Below are positions 37,181-50,419 of a DNA stretch of 64,000 bases, one piece after another. Positions within the stretch are counted from its first letter, which is position 1. Each line of letters opens with the position of its first letter. The DNA is from Amoebophrya sp. A120 (Eukaryota; Protista; Dinoflagellata). Location of the stretch: the NCBI GenBank assembly GCA_905178155.1, contig CAJINV010000012.1, forward strand, positions 367,271 to 431,270, written 5' to 3'. A model generated the notes under the pieces. The model was not told where the DNA came from. It saw only the letters and a list, made by a program, of their open reading frames with translations, and searched no databases. A program made the position numbers and the translations under genes.

Positions 37181-38636
37181 ACTCTATACCTCACTCGCGC
37201 CGCCGTGGAGGCACAACGGCGCGGGAATTTACGCAAACAAATAGAACAATAGGGCTCAAGGCGGTGTACATAACTAGGCGGATTTTGGCTCTAATTCTGC
37301 TTCTATTTTCGTACTCTAAGTGGTCACGTTCTATTTTCGTATTTTAAGTCGTGTTCTATTTTTGGGCTCTAAAACTAAATCGTATTCTATTTTGGCTTCT
37401 AAATCGTGCTTCTATTTTGCTTTCTATTTTTTGCGGGATTCACATGCTCGAGCGGCTGCGTTTCAACTTCTAAATTCGCGCTTTGGAGGATTTCCTTTGG
37501 AAATCTCCAGTGTCGCGAAAAATAGAAGTTGAAAAGACAGCTGCCGAACACGCGAATCCCGCAGAAAAATAGAAAGCAAAACAGCGAGCACGTTTAGAAG
37601 TCCAAAATAGAATACGACTTAAAGCCCAAAAATAGAACGCTTTCGAAAAGCCCAACGACAATGGCTTTGCGAAAGAACGAAACAGGGATAGGGTGCAGGG
37701 ATTTCAACATTGGCCACACGGCCCAGGTCTTCCCAACCCAAGCCGAAAATCCGAGGGCCCCCATGAAAGCCAGACCACGAGCGCGGCTCTCCACCTTCGG
37801 GGCCACCCGGGTACGAAAATACCAAAGAAGCCCCCGCGGCGTTCGAAATTCCGAACCCCCTGCAAACGACCCTATTAATTTTTAAATTTTAATTCCCGTC
37901 GTAGCTTTTCATTGAAAAACACACGCGGGGCCAACGGGGGGATTTGAAAAAAACCCGGCCCCCCGGGCGCGGTGGAAAAGGGTGGAACCCTGCGGGCCCG
38001 GGAACCTTCAGCGCCCGAGGAGGAAAACCACCACCCACCCTAAGGGCTTCGGGGAAATCCCCCAGTGGGGGCGCGCGAATTTCTGTTTTTCGGCTCGTTC
38101 TTCTGGCCAGGTTTTTTCGCAGCCGCCGGAGCAAAGCAAAAAAGAAAAATCCGAAAAATGGAGGAGTAGCTACCCCGGGAAGTTTCGCAGTCGTTATTGA
38201 GCTGCAGAAGAGCCCAACTGGGATGAAGCAATTGGGCCCGTGGCGCTCCTTTTCCGCATAGGCAGCTTGGGAAGCTGATTCGTCTAGCTCTTCCGGCGCT
38301 TTTTTCGGGCCATTTTGTAAAAAAAGCTCTAGAGCTTCGGCCCAACTTTGAGCCAACTTGTCCCACTCATAGCATGCTGATTTAGAATTCACTGTCTGCA
38401 AACGTCTAGAGGTCATATCACACAAGTTTATTGCAATAGTGCTGCGCTTCAGAAGAAAATAGAAGCAAAAAAATGCTTAGGTCTAGCGCTTTGAGCCAAC
38501 TTTTGCCCAACTTTGAGCCAAGTCCTGGTTGCAATAGCACGCAGATTCACGAAAAAAATTGGTCCCTATAGCTTTCGCCCAGCTTTTACAACAGCTTTGA
38601 GCCAAGTCGCTGTCAGTACTATAGGTCTCTCTACTA
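37181..38636. mobile_element. Transposon-end-like fragment with a fold-back array of TTCTATTTT motifs
   Basis: Six TTCTATTTT (37301-37430) face four AAAATAGAA (37519-37637). About 38340-38636 is the reverse complement of about 60700-60975, with the same terminus TAGTAGAGAGACC. Confidence 0.6.
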
Positions 38637-39479
38637 TCTGCAGAGTTCATCTTTTTTCTTCAGATGCTGATGCAGCATCTGACCTTGGGATCATCTCAAA
38701 AGGTGAACATCGGAGCCAGGAGGAGCCTACACTTCCCCTGGGGGGGCGGGCGTCTGTGTGCGGTCCGGCAATCTCTATTCCTTGTCCCTGATGGCTGCAT
38801 CAATGCGGTTCACGCTGCAAGCGTCATTTCGATCGATTAAGTATGCCACGGTCTTTTACATGTGATGGCGCTTCAGCTGCGAGCTGACTGCGCCACACAT
38901 CACGCATCTCGCCCTCTAGCAGATGCTGTTGCGTGCCCACCAGATACGTTGTTATAAAAAAATCAGCTCTGCCTTTGGGCTGGAACATTGGAGTAGTTGA
39001 TTAGTAGTTGTTGCTCGGCCAAAGAGGTGCCAATCCAATTCGTTGCCTTAGGCAACAAATTGGATTGCACAGACGACCAGAGCAAATTGTAGTACGATTT
39101 GCTCGGGGTGTCTTCGTGTCAATTGCAATTTTCCGCTCGATCTTTTCTTGGTTGGTTACTTTCTACTTCTAGCAAGCAGGAAAACAAGGCACTTAAACAC
39201 GACCGCCAGGATGTCGAATAAACATTACACAAAATTTATTTTAATAATGTTGCGACGGCTCAACATTATGTTTGCGTGTCGCAAGTATGTTTATCGTCAT
39301 TTGGGTGATGAGAAAAAAAATAATTTGCATAGATAGTTGGCTCACTTGCATGTTAGTACAACAACCCTTGTGGACTGCGACAGCTCAATGTTATGTTTGC
39401 GTGTCGCAAGTATGTTTATCGTCATCCACTTTTAGGGCGAAGGTAGATGCGCAGGCTCTGTAATGACGATTGCAGCTTG

Positions 39480-39850
39480 TTCGCTACAAGTAGAATGTAG
39501 TAACTTGGAACAGCGCCGGGCCTTCCTACGGGAGTACATCGACAGGGACAGGCCGCTCACCAGTCAGGTCACGCTGGGGGATCGATCTCCAGCAAGGCCC
39601 CCCGCGCAGCCTCCCGGCGTTCACGGTCCCGCGAAGAGGGTCCTGACCCTGAGCACGCCAACTTTGCCAGAGCCGCGCCGGCTGTGACTGCCATGGTCCC
39701 GGTGGCATGGACTTTGGACGGACCACAAACGAAAGGGCCACAAGGGGTACACCCCATCGCAACACCGGTGGCAAGAACGCAACATCCGAACAGTTCACCT
39801 TTGGTGACTTCGGAGCCGCCGGGGAAACACGGGCCATAGAGCCCGCGCAC
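39480..39850 (-). pseudogene. Captured 3' half of a small-protein family paralog, without the introner
   Basis: GLYGPCFPGGSEVTKGELFGCC aligns with spliced copy B; it is followed by the family's 3' flank. Confidence 0.75.
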
Positions 39851-41929
39851 TGGAGATTCATCTTGATATACCGAGATCATCTTGATATACCGAGATTGTT
39901 TTCTGACGATCTGAAGGCGGCCAATTTTCCGACTTTTTCTTTCTCATTTATTGAGGGATCGCAGAGTTCATCTTTTTTCTTCAGATGCTGATGCAGCATC
40001 CACAGCTTCAATCTCATAAAGTTACTCCGAAAGCATGGGTCTAGATATATGGTTCCCCGAATTCGCGCAGAACTTGCGCGAAACTTGTTCGGCCCGTTTC
40101 CGGGAGGGGCAAATCAGTAGGGCCCCGCGTTACCAGATAGGGAGGGTCGAACGTCCTGCCTGCTTAGCCTTCTCAGGCGAAAGGCCAGCGCCGTCGTGTA
40201 ACGCGCGTTACACGGTGGCACGCAGCTTCGCTTGTTGGGCAAACGGGGAATAAGGCCAAGCGCTTCAGTGGCGCACGCGGCAATGACAACAAAGAAAGCG
40301 CTCCGGGAGACCACTCGACGACAGGGCCCGGTCCATCCACACCACTTGCCTGCCGAAGGGGGAAAAGGGCTGCGCCGAACACCCAGACCGGCTCCAATGC
40401 CAAAGCGCGGAACGCCCCATCCCTTTACCCACCATCCTTGCAAAAGCAAACCCGCCCGGGGCGCCAATGTGACCGGCCTGCAGGGCCCGGGGCGCCAAAG
40501 AGTGGGCCACCGTGTAACGTACGTTACACGATGATGCTGCGGCAACATCTTTGCGAGGTGTGCAGCTCACGCGCATGTGGCCAACCAAATGCCGCGGAAA
40601 CAAAAACAAGGCGCAAGGGGACGGACTCGGCGGCCTGCGCCTGCCTCCGAGCCCTGGTTCGGGCAACTACCGCTGAACAAGGGCGCGCGGCGCAGACACA
40701 CAGAGGGCCCCCCAAGGCGCAAAATGGCGCGGCGCCTAGCAATCGCAGGCGTCGGCGAGAGTCTCAATGCGAAAACTCGCCTCCCTTTCGCGCCGTGCTG
40801 CATGATTGTGATCATTTGCACAAGACCGCGGGCGGGCTCTAATATTCTAGACGAAAAAAATCCGCAGCCAAGTTCTCCGCAAATTCTGCAAGGGTTCGGG
40901 AACCCGCACCCTAGGACCCCCGCTATCTGCAGAGTTCATCTTTTTTCTTCAGATGCTGATGCAGCATCTACAACTTCAATCTCGTAAAGCGCAATACCAA
41001 GGAACTTGACGACCTTGCATTAATAGCGAAACATGGATCATCTTCATCCGGATCCTAATCAATGATGAGAACTAGAACAACGGAAAAATTATACACCAGA
41101 TGCATGAAGAAAAGCTAAGAGGTACTACTAGTCGTCGAGAGCTCGCTGGCGCTTCAAAGCTTGCTTCACTTTTGTCGATATCTATTGCGCGTTGGTCGTC
41201 GACTTCAAATTAATAAGACGCAGACTCCTGCGATAGTATCAAGGTCGAAGCTTGCAGGTCAGGAACGGTTTTTGTTTTCGAGTCAGAGTCGTTGTAGAGC
41301 GTATCTTTTCGAAAGTTGTTGCGGGCGTCGGCCTAGTTCTTCGCTATCTAAATCTCATTCCAAATCGAAATCCGTCTTGTGCAAATCGAAGCGCAAAAGT
41401 GTATGTAAGTCTCATACAGCTCAAGCACGAGAAGATCAGCATTCTATTTTCTTCGTGCCTTTTTTGCTCCCTTGCTTGCAGCGTTTCTGAGAATAGTGGG
41501 CGTGGTCTTCCATGCACTACTTCTCCAAAAGGTTCCAGCGTATCCTGTCTTTCTCTTTTGTGGAGCAGTAGTTGTCATACTCATAGCCCGACGACAGCAG
41601 AAACAGTAGATTTTTTGTGGGCAGTCTGTCATGCACAATGAATATTGCCCTTGGAATCGTCCACAAATCAGACCTCCGGATGGTGAATTATCATGCAAGA
41701 ACAACATCAGAGAGAATTTTTGCAGGCAGAACTATATTCAAAAACAAAGCAAATTCGTGGGTGAGCGCGTCGCGATCGCGTACAGGCACCTTTCTTGTCG
41801 ACTATCCAGCGTAGCCGGATGCCAGCGAAGCAGATGGTAACGCTCTCACTAGCGAAAACGATGGAGCTGTACCCGAAATCGCCTTCTTGTTCGACAGAAT
41901 CGAGTATAGCAGTTCAAGTTTCTTCAATT

Positions 41930-44900
41930 TCATTGCCATAGAACCTTCATTATCCTGTGCAAAAGCATCGTACTAATAGAAATCGCATGACAAATTCCCT
42001 CAATATGAAAAATTGAATTTGTAATGCGGATTTAGGTTAAGAAGGAGATTTGTAATGCATGACTGCGATTACTACGGGTACGATACTTTTGCACAGGATA
42101 TTCATGTGTCGACGAAACCGCTCCTGGGCGTTCGCATCTTCCGGCTGTGCGTAGGTTGTTGCGATAGGGGAAATCACAACTGCTTGCCCTGCTACCGCGA
42201 CGGGCGTGGGAGATGATAGTTGTTCGTGGTCTTTTGTTGCATTACTTGCAGCGGAAGTTGTTGTAGTGGCCGGCGTTCTTTCCAGTGCCTGCTGTCCTCC
42301 TGCGTCAAAGGCCATATGATTTTTTGCGTCAATATTTCGCGTACCAACAGTATGCCCCGGTGTCGTATCTACTTCTTGTTGCTCGTCTTGCAAGAACGTC
42401 GTGTCCTCTTCGCAAGCTGCGCTGATAGAAAAATGCGGAGGTGCAGCCACAGGCTGCGCACACCCGCCCTTGCTGAGGCTGTTTTCCTTTTCGACGAAGT
42501 CGAGGGAATCATAAATGTTGGTGGCTGCCTCGTTGTGGGCAAGCCAAGTGCTGTTTTCGAAGTCGTACGCGTGGTCTTCCAAATGTTTATCCATTTGCTC
42601 ACAATATCCCACGAAAAAACTGTTTCACTGTGATGGTTTTGCAAGATCTGCATCACAAGTTTGCTACACATGACACAGAAAATTTGCCATGCGCGCTTTC
42701 CAAGGGAAAACACGCTTAAAAGCCCAATGCCTTGCAGGTGTAGCAAGACAAATAGCTCCGTGTTCCATTTTACGCATCACAAGCTCATAGTGAAACAGTT
42801 TTTTCTTGCGATACACAACGCTCGAGGTCTACTACATCCACCTGCTCGGAGTCAACTGTAATGTAATTCGAGCGAGAAAAATTACTGCTGCTCGACGGCG
42901 CTTCTAATCCGGGCGGCGGGCGGAGGAGAGTCCTGCTTCTCGAAATGGAGCTCGATAATGTGCTCGGCATGAAGGTAGAAGCGGACCGGAGCCGGTCTTC
43001 GTCTTGATAGGAACTGTGTGACTTTGTACCTGTAGCTCTTGTCCCCCCTACTTCAAAACAAGCAAGACCAAGACCTCCGCCAACAAGAGGGCCTTCCTCT
43101 CCTGGATCATCTTTCAGCTCCTCTCCATCACGACGGGCGCCGTCACGAATGGAGTCGCTCGTACATCTTCTTTCGCGGGGAGTTTCCGTTTCTCTTATCT
43201 CTCCTCCTTCAACCCCACTTCTGGACCGCAGAATGTCTTTTTCCGAGACCGGAAACCCGAAAATTTCCTCGGTTCCAAACAACGTTGTCGAGGTCCTTTT
43301 CCGGTGGAGAGTTTCAGTTCCGTAATTGCTTGTCTGGGCGGGCGGGGGCCCGTTTAGCATCTGCAGCTCCATCTCTTCCAGAGTCGGGCGATACAAAGTA
43401 GAGTGGTCCACCTCCTGAGGCCAAGCAGTAGTAGAACCACCGAGCTGCAGCTGTTGGTGTTGACTACCGTATAACTCGCTTGGCGGAGCGGGCGGTGGCC
43501 GAGACGGGGGGAGCGGGCGAGAGCGTGGTGGGGCTGCGGCTGCTGCTGGCATTGGATCTTCGTGCGGGGCGGCGTGTAGCTGTTGTAGTTCCTCGGAGGG
43601 AGGGCAAAAATCTATATCTCCGGTCGCGAAGATCTTCTCTGGCGGGGGCGTGGTGTTCCGGGAATCTGGACCACGAGCTGAGCTGCAGTTGTTGACTTCT
43701 GGTTGTTCCGCACCAGCATCGGTGGTTTCAGGCGTACCCACTGCAGGAAGTTTCGCGATAGACTCAGCGCTTTCTGTTGCCCCCGCAGAGGACTTTTCGT
43801 TCTTGCACCACGATTGGTTCTGAGACTGCTGGTCTTGCATCATTATCGGCGGTGGAGGCAGCACGGGGACGTTCAATATATCAAACGCTGCTTTTGCCGT
43901 TTCTCGCTTCGAATCAACAAGGCTAGAAGTAGCTTGCTGTCCACTTCCCGACCGTGACAGGCACATCCCCTTGTTCGCAGGCATCAAAGGCGGAAGTGGT
44001 GGAGGCAATGGTGGAAGTGGGTGCTCGCTTTGTACGAGTGATTTCGCGCTTCTTTGATGCTGCTGTTCCAGCACAAGGCCGTCTTTTTCATCCGCCGGGG
44101 GTGCTTCGCCATAGCCAGATATTACGGACGAGTCTTTATTCTGACGGTCCGAAAGAACTTGAAGAACTACATCATCCTCATTATCAGCCCAAATGACGCT
44201 CCTCGGCGACCTGGTAATATGCTGTTGGTACAGTCGTGCCGTGTCGGAGGAATCTTCCCAGAGCTCCGCTATCAAATGCAAAAATGTCTGGTTCTGGAAG
44301 GCGGCAACTTGCTATGGTAAATCTGAAGCATGCAAAAATCTGTGTTGCATGAGAGCCAAAAGCTCTCAACTTTTGACCAAGTTGGAAGGGAGTTTCTCAT
44401 GCAGGATAGGCATGGCAGAGACCTCGCGGAGTCTGTCATGCGAAGTCCCGCATTCCAGACCTCATGGGTCATGGAAAATCTGCATGACAAGTTTACACTT
44501 TTCCAGACCCAGACATTTTTGCACTCCATATCCGCAGCGGCGTCGCACTGGTCCGCGATCTGGCGCAACAATCTTGGCGACTCGGTCATCAGCGATTGAA
44601 ACGACGGCACGCGGTGCGTGTGAAGATTTTCATGGTCATTAGGCACCACCTTGTGGTTCTTTTTCAGAGAATCCGCTTCGTTCTCTACTGCGCAGCTGCA
44701 ATAGAAGTAGCCAATGGAACTCCCATCGTCCTGAGGGTCTAATCGCCCTACTTCGCCACACTTCTCGTTTTCTTCACTCGGAAACCAGTTATAATTTCGC
44801 AGTTGCTCCTTTCCTTCCAATAAAGGCCAACTTTCGTCCAAATCGGGGATCCTGCAATCTGCCACGGTTTCTATCTCAGGATTCAACCTGTCGAAGAACC

Positions 44901-47900
44901 GCGGCCCGGTTTTGTAGGCCCTTCTCAAATATCAATTGCAAATATATCTAGGTCTGGCAGAATGCAGATTTTTGTCATGCTGTTTTTGCATGACGCAGCA
45001 GGATTGTCATGGAAACCCTCTAGCATCACAGATTTCGAGAACCTTCCACAATGCCCAATCCGCATGACAAATCCCCCACTTTGGTGACACAAAGTGGGCA
45101 CCTTTTGCTGCCTAATATGCATGAGAGATTTTATTTGTGTGTTCTGAAATGCGCATCACAAGTTCGCATCTTTCCAGAGCCAGACACATTTAGATTTACG
45201 GTTGATATCAAAATCGCGGAGTGGAGGTGTTGTGTGAAATTCGCCGGACGACGAGGACACCGAGGAGGCTTGTTCACCTTCGGCTTCGCGACAACTGGAG
45301 GTGGTGGTGGTATTGGGGTAGAAGTGTCAGTGCAGGTGGCTGACGGAACAAGCAGCAGCTGATCTTCTTTTTCCAGCGAAAAAATCTGACCCCGAACAGC
45401 AACATCTTCAACTTCAGGATGAGCTGCTTCTGCAGGCCTGCTTCCAGTCTCATTGTGATTCTTCTTTCCGTGGTGCGCCCAGGCCCAAGTCCGGTCTAAA
45501 CCAACTTCAGATGCTGGTGACGTAGCAGCTTCCTCGTATCCTAACCCCGCTCGAATCGCTGGCACCAAGTTCACCTTCTTGGACAGATCTGTCGGTGGTT
45601 CGAGAGCGAAAATAACCTGGTCGTGTGGTCCTACTTGTGAGCAGTTCGCTCCTTGCGGAGGCTGCTCATCTCCCGCGTGATGTAATGTAGATGTCGAAAG
45701 AAGAAAGTCTCGCTCGTTCTTTTCGTGCAAGAACTTCTCCGCATGCAGCGCCACCAGTTCCTTCGCCACTCCAACCACGTCTTCAACCGTAATGTCCAAC
45801 TTTTTCCTCCATGTTAGGTCGTGGATCATACGATCCCACTTGGCCGCTTCCGCTTTCTCATTGTTCTCATGTGGTGAAGTAGATCCGCCGTCTTGATGTT
45901 CTTTCGCCAGCGCCACGGAAGAGGACTTTTTCTCGGATACTTTTCTCTGATCACGATCGCCAGCAGATATTAAACGCCTTTGAGGTCGTGTTGACACGTT
46001 CAAGTCCACCTCGGTCAATTTCTCATCTAAAATCTGTTGTGAAGAAGCAGAGGAGCAACACGTCGTCGGCGCGCCGTTCTTAGTATCCACTCGCTCAGTA
46101 GTTTCTTGCTCTATCGGCATCTGTAGCGAAGAAAACTGACTTAGAAACGTGATGTCGCAGGCTAAAAACTCGTATGTGTCTGTCTCGTTGCTGCTCAGCA
46201 TCGGGTGGGGGTTCCGTCGGATGCAAAACTCAATTTTCTGCTCCAAAACGTCCGGAATTGTAGTAGCAGTACAACTCGCTTTCTTGACCTTATCCTTAAA
46301 TTTTGCAGCTTTATTTCTTCCACCATGAGCTGCTGCGCCAGCTTTCTTGTAGTCCTCCAGAGTGGCTTATGCAATACAAATTTCCCGTACAACATGTAAG
46401 TACAAGATGCATCACAAAGTTCCGCAGTTTGGGGAGTAAAACTTGTCATGCTAAACTAGGATCGAAGGCAGAGACCGCATTTGTACGTGTACGGAAAATT
46501 TCCTGTGGATATGAGTTCTTTGAAGGGGAAGTCCCCGCTTTCCTTCGCCTTTTCCAGGTCGCGAACGTTTTCCGCGAGAGCCAGGACCCTGCCCTCCATG
46601 AAGGGACTCTGGATAATCGCGTGCACCTCTGAGATTGTTGTCCTTTGAGACCTCACGGTCGTCTTCCCTCTCCGCGATTCCGTTTCGATCTTTTCCCTCT
46701 TTATCCTGGTTTTGTGATGCACTTTCGTCACGTAGCCCTGGATCCGCAGTTGTGACGCTATCAGATCCTCGCGAGACCGCATGGGGATGAAGGGACACGA
46801 GGGACCATGTACGCTGGGATGAGGATGGTCTTTCTCATGCTGCTGGCTAGCCATTACAGCTGCGCTTATTTTCGCTTGGTTATTTCTCCCTGCAGCTACA
46901 CTTGTTCCACTGGTTGAATTCCAATTCGCTGCAGCTGCACTTGTTCCTACTGCAGTACAGCTCGTCGTCAAAGCCGTCCGAATACTAGCATATTTTGATA
47001 CACAGGGCCCCAGCACGTCGGGGTGATTTATTTTTGTCTCCGTAGTTGCTGCGATTTCCACGCCGGACGAGTTGCTGCCCGCGCTTTTCTGCAAAGCTGG
47101 AGTCTTCAGCTTCGGACCACACAGCGCCAAATTGATCCTCCTTACATCCTCCACCATCGCTCCCTCGCCCCCCTGAAACTGGTGGGCTTCCGTTACCTTC
47201 GCGCAGGGGTTTTTGAACAGTCGAAACTCAATATCCTACGTAAAAACGTCCCCACCCCAGAGTCGAGATGGGGAATCGGCTAGGCAAATCCACAAGTGTT
47301 GGCTGTTTTGCATGACAAATTTGGACTCGTAGTGTAGTACTGTTTGAGGTAGTTGAGCAGGATCACAGATCTAGTATATCATGCTGATTGCAGCACGACA
47401 AATGCCAAGACGCGACTAGATAATGCTTCTCATGGCGCTTCGCATGAGAAATATGCTCAGCATGCAGATTTGCATTACAACTATGGGGTGGGGACGTTTT
47501 CGAATACGATACTCAAACTTCTGCCCGACCGCGAACTTGACCACTTCGAGGTGTTTGGGGTTTTTCTCGCTTTGCTTGAACGTTTTTGGGAGCAGAACGG
47601 TGTTCCCCGCGATGGTAGACCACATTTTCGCCGGATCCGGGGACCGCAACACCGCCCACTGTGCCTATCCTGTGCAAAAGTTTTGCACTCGTAGTAATCG
47701 CAAACATGCATTACAAATCCTGCTCTCAAGGTAAATCTGCATTACAAATTTTATTTCTCATGCTGAGGAAATTTCTAATGCATTTATACGAGTACGATAC
47801 TTTTGCAATGCATAGTGCCTGATCGTCCGCAACTTTGATCACGTTACCAAGGATCCGAGTTTTCTTCTTGCACAGCTCGTCGCAGGTAGGGGGCTGATGT

Positions 47901-50419
47901 TCTTTATGATGTTCAGCAACAGCTGCTACAACTGACAGAGATAATTTGGGGGCATTGGCCGGAGTCGCTGTTTTGGAAGTGTGTCGTGAAGATGTAGGCA
48001 AAAGCTCTTTCATCTGCGCAGGTGCTACAACAGCCGTGGGATCTTCCCGCTTGCTCGGCTTGCTGCCGTTGATGTGCACAATCGGTGGCACTATCATCGG
48101 TACAAGCTCCGGGGGCTTTAGGTGGGTTCCACCTGCTTCGGAGGCTGGTCTCTTTTGTGGTTGCACCTCCTCCTGCGGCGGGCCGTGGTCCTCGTCTAGC
48201 TTCTTTTCTGTCGTCTTTTGAGACCCCCGCCGCGCAACCTCCCCGGGAACGAACTCCGGCTGCGCAGAACCCACGGTGTCGGTGGTCGTGTTGTGCTGCA
48301 TCATCTGCAGCTTCATCTGTTCAGATCGAGTAGTGATCAGTTTCTCACCATGCTGACAACTAGGCGGACTGTTTGTGCTGGTGACCATCGTGCTGGGCGT
48401 GTTGACAGAATCACCTGCTCGACATGCCCCTTTACCCGACCACGACGCCGGCGTCGTCACCACAGAGCAAGAATTTGCCGGACTGGGGTTCTCTCCTGCA
48501 GTAGTACAACTGCGCACAGCTGCTGGTTTCTCGAACCTCAACTCGACAGCGACGAACTGCTCCCACTTGTGCTCTTTCGGCTGCGGGTTGTGGGACAGTG
48601 CGAAAGAGACAAAATCTCCTTTATTGTAAACCCGGTTCCGGTCTTGTTCGGACAAAAACCACTTCTATGCATTGCAAAACAAGTATCGTACTAGTACGAA
48701 AAATCGCATGACAAATTTTCGCAAAAACAAAAACGCAGTTTGTCATGCTGAATCAGTTAGAAAATTAGATTTGTCATGCCAGACTGCGATCTGGTGTACG
48801 AGTGCGATTATACTTTTGCAGTGGATAACTCCTTTCGACCCACCACGTGGTGGCGGAACAAGGACTGCGGCTTGATATGCAAGAAAAAAACTGCGTCAGA
48901 GTAAATCTGTGATGCAGAAAATGCAAAACAGTTACACTTGTCATGCGCCACATGCATGATCGGCTCGTGTTTTCCGTTCCTCAGACAAACTTGTGATGCT
49001 GTTTTCCCAAAAGACTTACACTAGCAAAGTTTTTTTCTTGGATACTTGATCATCAGCGAGGACTGCGATACGTGCAGGAATTTGACGATCTGGTGGTTTA
49101 GAAGTTGTGTTGATGGGGATCTGTTCATCTTCGGGTATGTAGCTTTGCTCATAAACACTTCTAGTGATCTTGTCAAGAACAACACGGTGTTAGAGCTTCG
49201 AACTACGCAGACGAACTTCGTATCAAATGCATTTTGAGGTGGACCACAACGACATTCTCACTCACTTCCTATACGCAACAAAAACGTATATTCGACAAAC
49301 CGTTCCCTCCAGCCTGGTCTCTTTGCGCACAAGGTCGTCCCCAGAGAGATATTTCGTCCGATCCTTGTTCGCGTCGCGGAGGTTCGTCCGATCCTTGTTA
49401 TGAAAAGTTAGATTTTTGCCACCAGCATTTTTTCCCGCAGCACTCCTTGCAGAAGATGAGCCGCCCAGCCCTGGTCCTCCGGGCGTGGAAGTAGTTGTAC
49501 ACGAGCCGCTTGCACATGCACCTCCAGCAGCCGTTTTATTCTTGCTGTGGACAGTGGTTTTTGGGGTTTTTGGCTTCCGTTTGGACTTGGACACGACAGT
49601 CTTAAAGCCGTCGTTGTCATCATCAATGAGGCCCAAATCAAAAAGTGTCGCAGCGTCTAAGTCGGAACAGTGCATCAAGAGATGGTCGGAAGGATTTTTG
49701 ATTTGGGTAGTATCTGATGACTTCAAGGGAAGTTCGAGTTTCGGCTCCCGCGAAGCAGGAGGATGAATATCATGCCGATCTACTCTCCTCGCAGAGTTGG
49801 ATTCTTTCTCGTCGTCCCTTCCGGAGCCCGAAGCACGATCCCGCTCCTTTTTCGCCGCGGCCTCATCTGTTACTAGTGCCAGATGATGCCAATGTTTTGT
49901 GCCACGTGTACTCGCGCATGCGCCTTGCCCCCGCACCACCAGGCTAGAAGAAACTGAACGACTACCTTGGGCCCCCGTTTGTAGTTGCTCCGCTGCGGAT
50001 TCGCGTCGGAATTGTGCTAATGCAGCTGAAGCTGACAAACTGGAACCTAATTTTATTTCGCGTCGACTAGAAGAAGTCGTGGGCGCACCGCTGCTGCGCA
50101 TTGGATGAAACGCGTCCTCCTCGTTCTCCTCTACTTCACAAGAGAACTCTTCTTCCTGTTCTTCTGCACGGGCGGTTGAAGATGTGCCGCAGTAAAAAAA
50201 ACCGCTATCCAAAACAGTCGCGGAGGTCCTCGTCTTCTCCGGTATAATTGTTTTCCCAGCGGCCACAAGTGATGTTTGCCGACTCATCTTCATGTTCTCG
50301 TCGGGATTGATGCAGCTGCGAAAACTCGGCGTCGGAGAATCCTCGAGCTCCCAGGCTTCTAATGACTGAAGAGTAGCAGCTTTTTGCAAAGCGAGGGAAA
50401 TTTTTGTACTTGTTGACAT
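41930..50419 (-). CDS. Large protein with three cold-shock/OB-fold-like domains; 11 exons, about 2165 aa
   Basis: Nine introner excisions plus one GT-AG intron (donor GTGAGT at 49265, likely acceptor at 49121) give 6498 nt open. Motifs: RLEGTV..KFLHVSQ..NKGDFVSFAL..FVAVEL, RILGNVIKV..VGQKFEFRL and RIQGYVTKV..QKIEFCIRRNP..FLACDI. Confidence 0.7.
41951..42100. mobile_element. Introner, family B (150 bp)
   Basis: TIR TATCCTGTGCAAAAGYATCGTAC; TSD TTCAT. Confidence 0.9.
42605..42813. mobile_element. Introner, family F (209 bp)
   Basis: TSD CACAA; excision gives LERC-EQMD. Confidence 0.9.
44270..44530. mobile_element. Introner, family A (261 bp)
   Basis: TSD TCCGC; excision gives AAAE-LWED. Confidence 0.9.
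44930..45207. mobile_element. Introner, family A (278 bp)
   Basis: TSD TCAAA; excision gives SAIL-RRAY. Confidence 0.9.
46368..46511. mobile_element. Older introner (144 bp)
   Basis: TAT..AAATTTYCCGTACA inverted ends; TSD matches 3/5; excision gives FKEL-TLEDYK. Confidence 0.8.
47232..47511. mobile_element. Introner, family D (280 bp)
   Basis: TSD CTCAA; excision gives QKFE-FRLF. Confidence 0.9.
47666..47814. mobile_element. Introner, family B (149 bp)
   Basis: TSD GTGCC; excision gives DDQA-QWAV. Confidence 0.9.
48666..48827. mobile_element. Introner, family B (162 bp)
   Basis: TSD ACTTC/ACTCC; excision gives RKE-WFLS. Confidence 0.88.
48876..49044. mobile_element. Introner, family F-like (169 bp)
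   Basis: TIR TATSCAAGAAAAAAACT; TSD CTTGA. Confidence 0.88.

Larger units (their letters stand above)
36568..40968. repeat. Five copies of a direct repeat of about 45 bp separating four unrelated inserts of 0.5-1.45 kb
   Basis: TATCTGCAGAGTTCATCTTTTTTCTTCAGATGYTGATRCAGCA at about 36568, 37138, 38635, 39961 and 40924. A diverged single-copy homolog with shared flank lies at about 30037-30290. Confidence 0.88.

Noticed and set aside
36568-40968. CRISPR array or integron
   Set aside because: Spacers are 0.5-1.45 kb and self-derived, no cas or integrase gene is present, and the context is eukaryotic.
41530-41830. Possible additional introner downstream of the cold-shock gene
   Set aside because: A TGTCATGC motif is present, but no convincing paired TIRs with a TSD could be defined.
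49045-49265. Acceptor at 49161 for the canonical intron
   Set aside because: It places the downstream exons out of frame, whereas the AG at 49121 keeps the frame.
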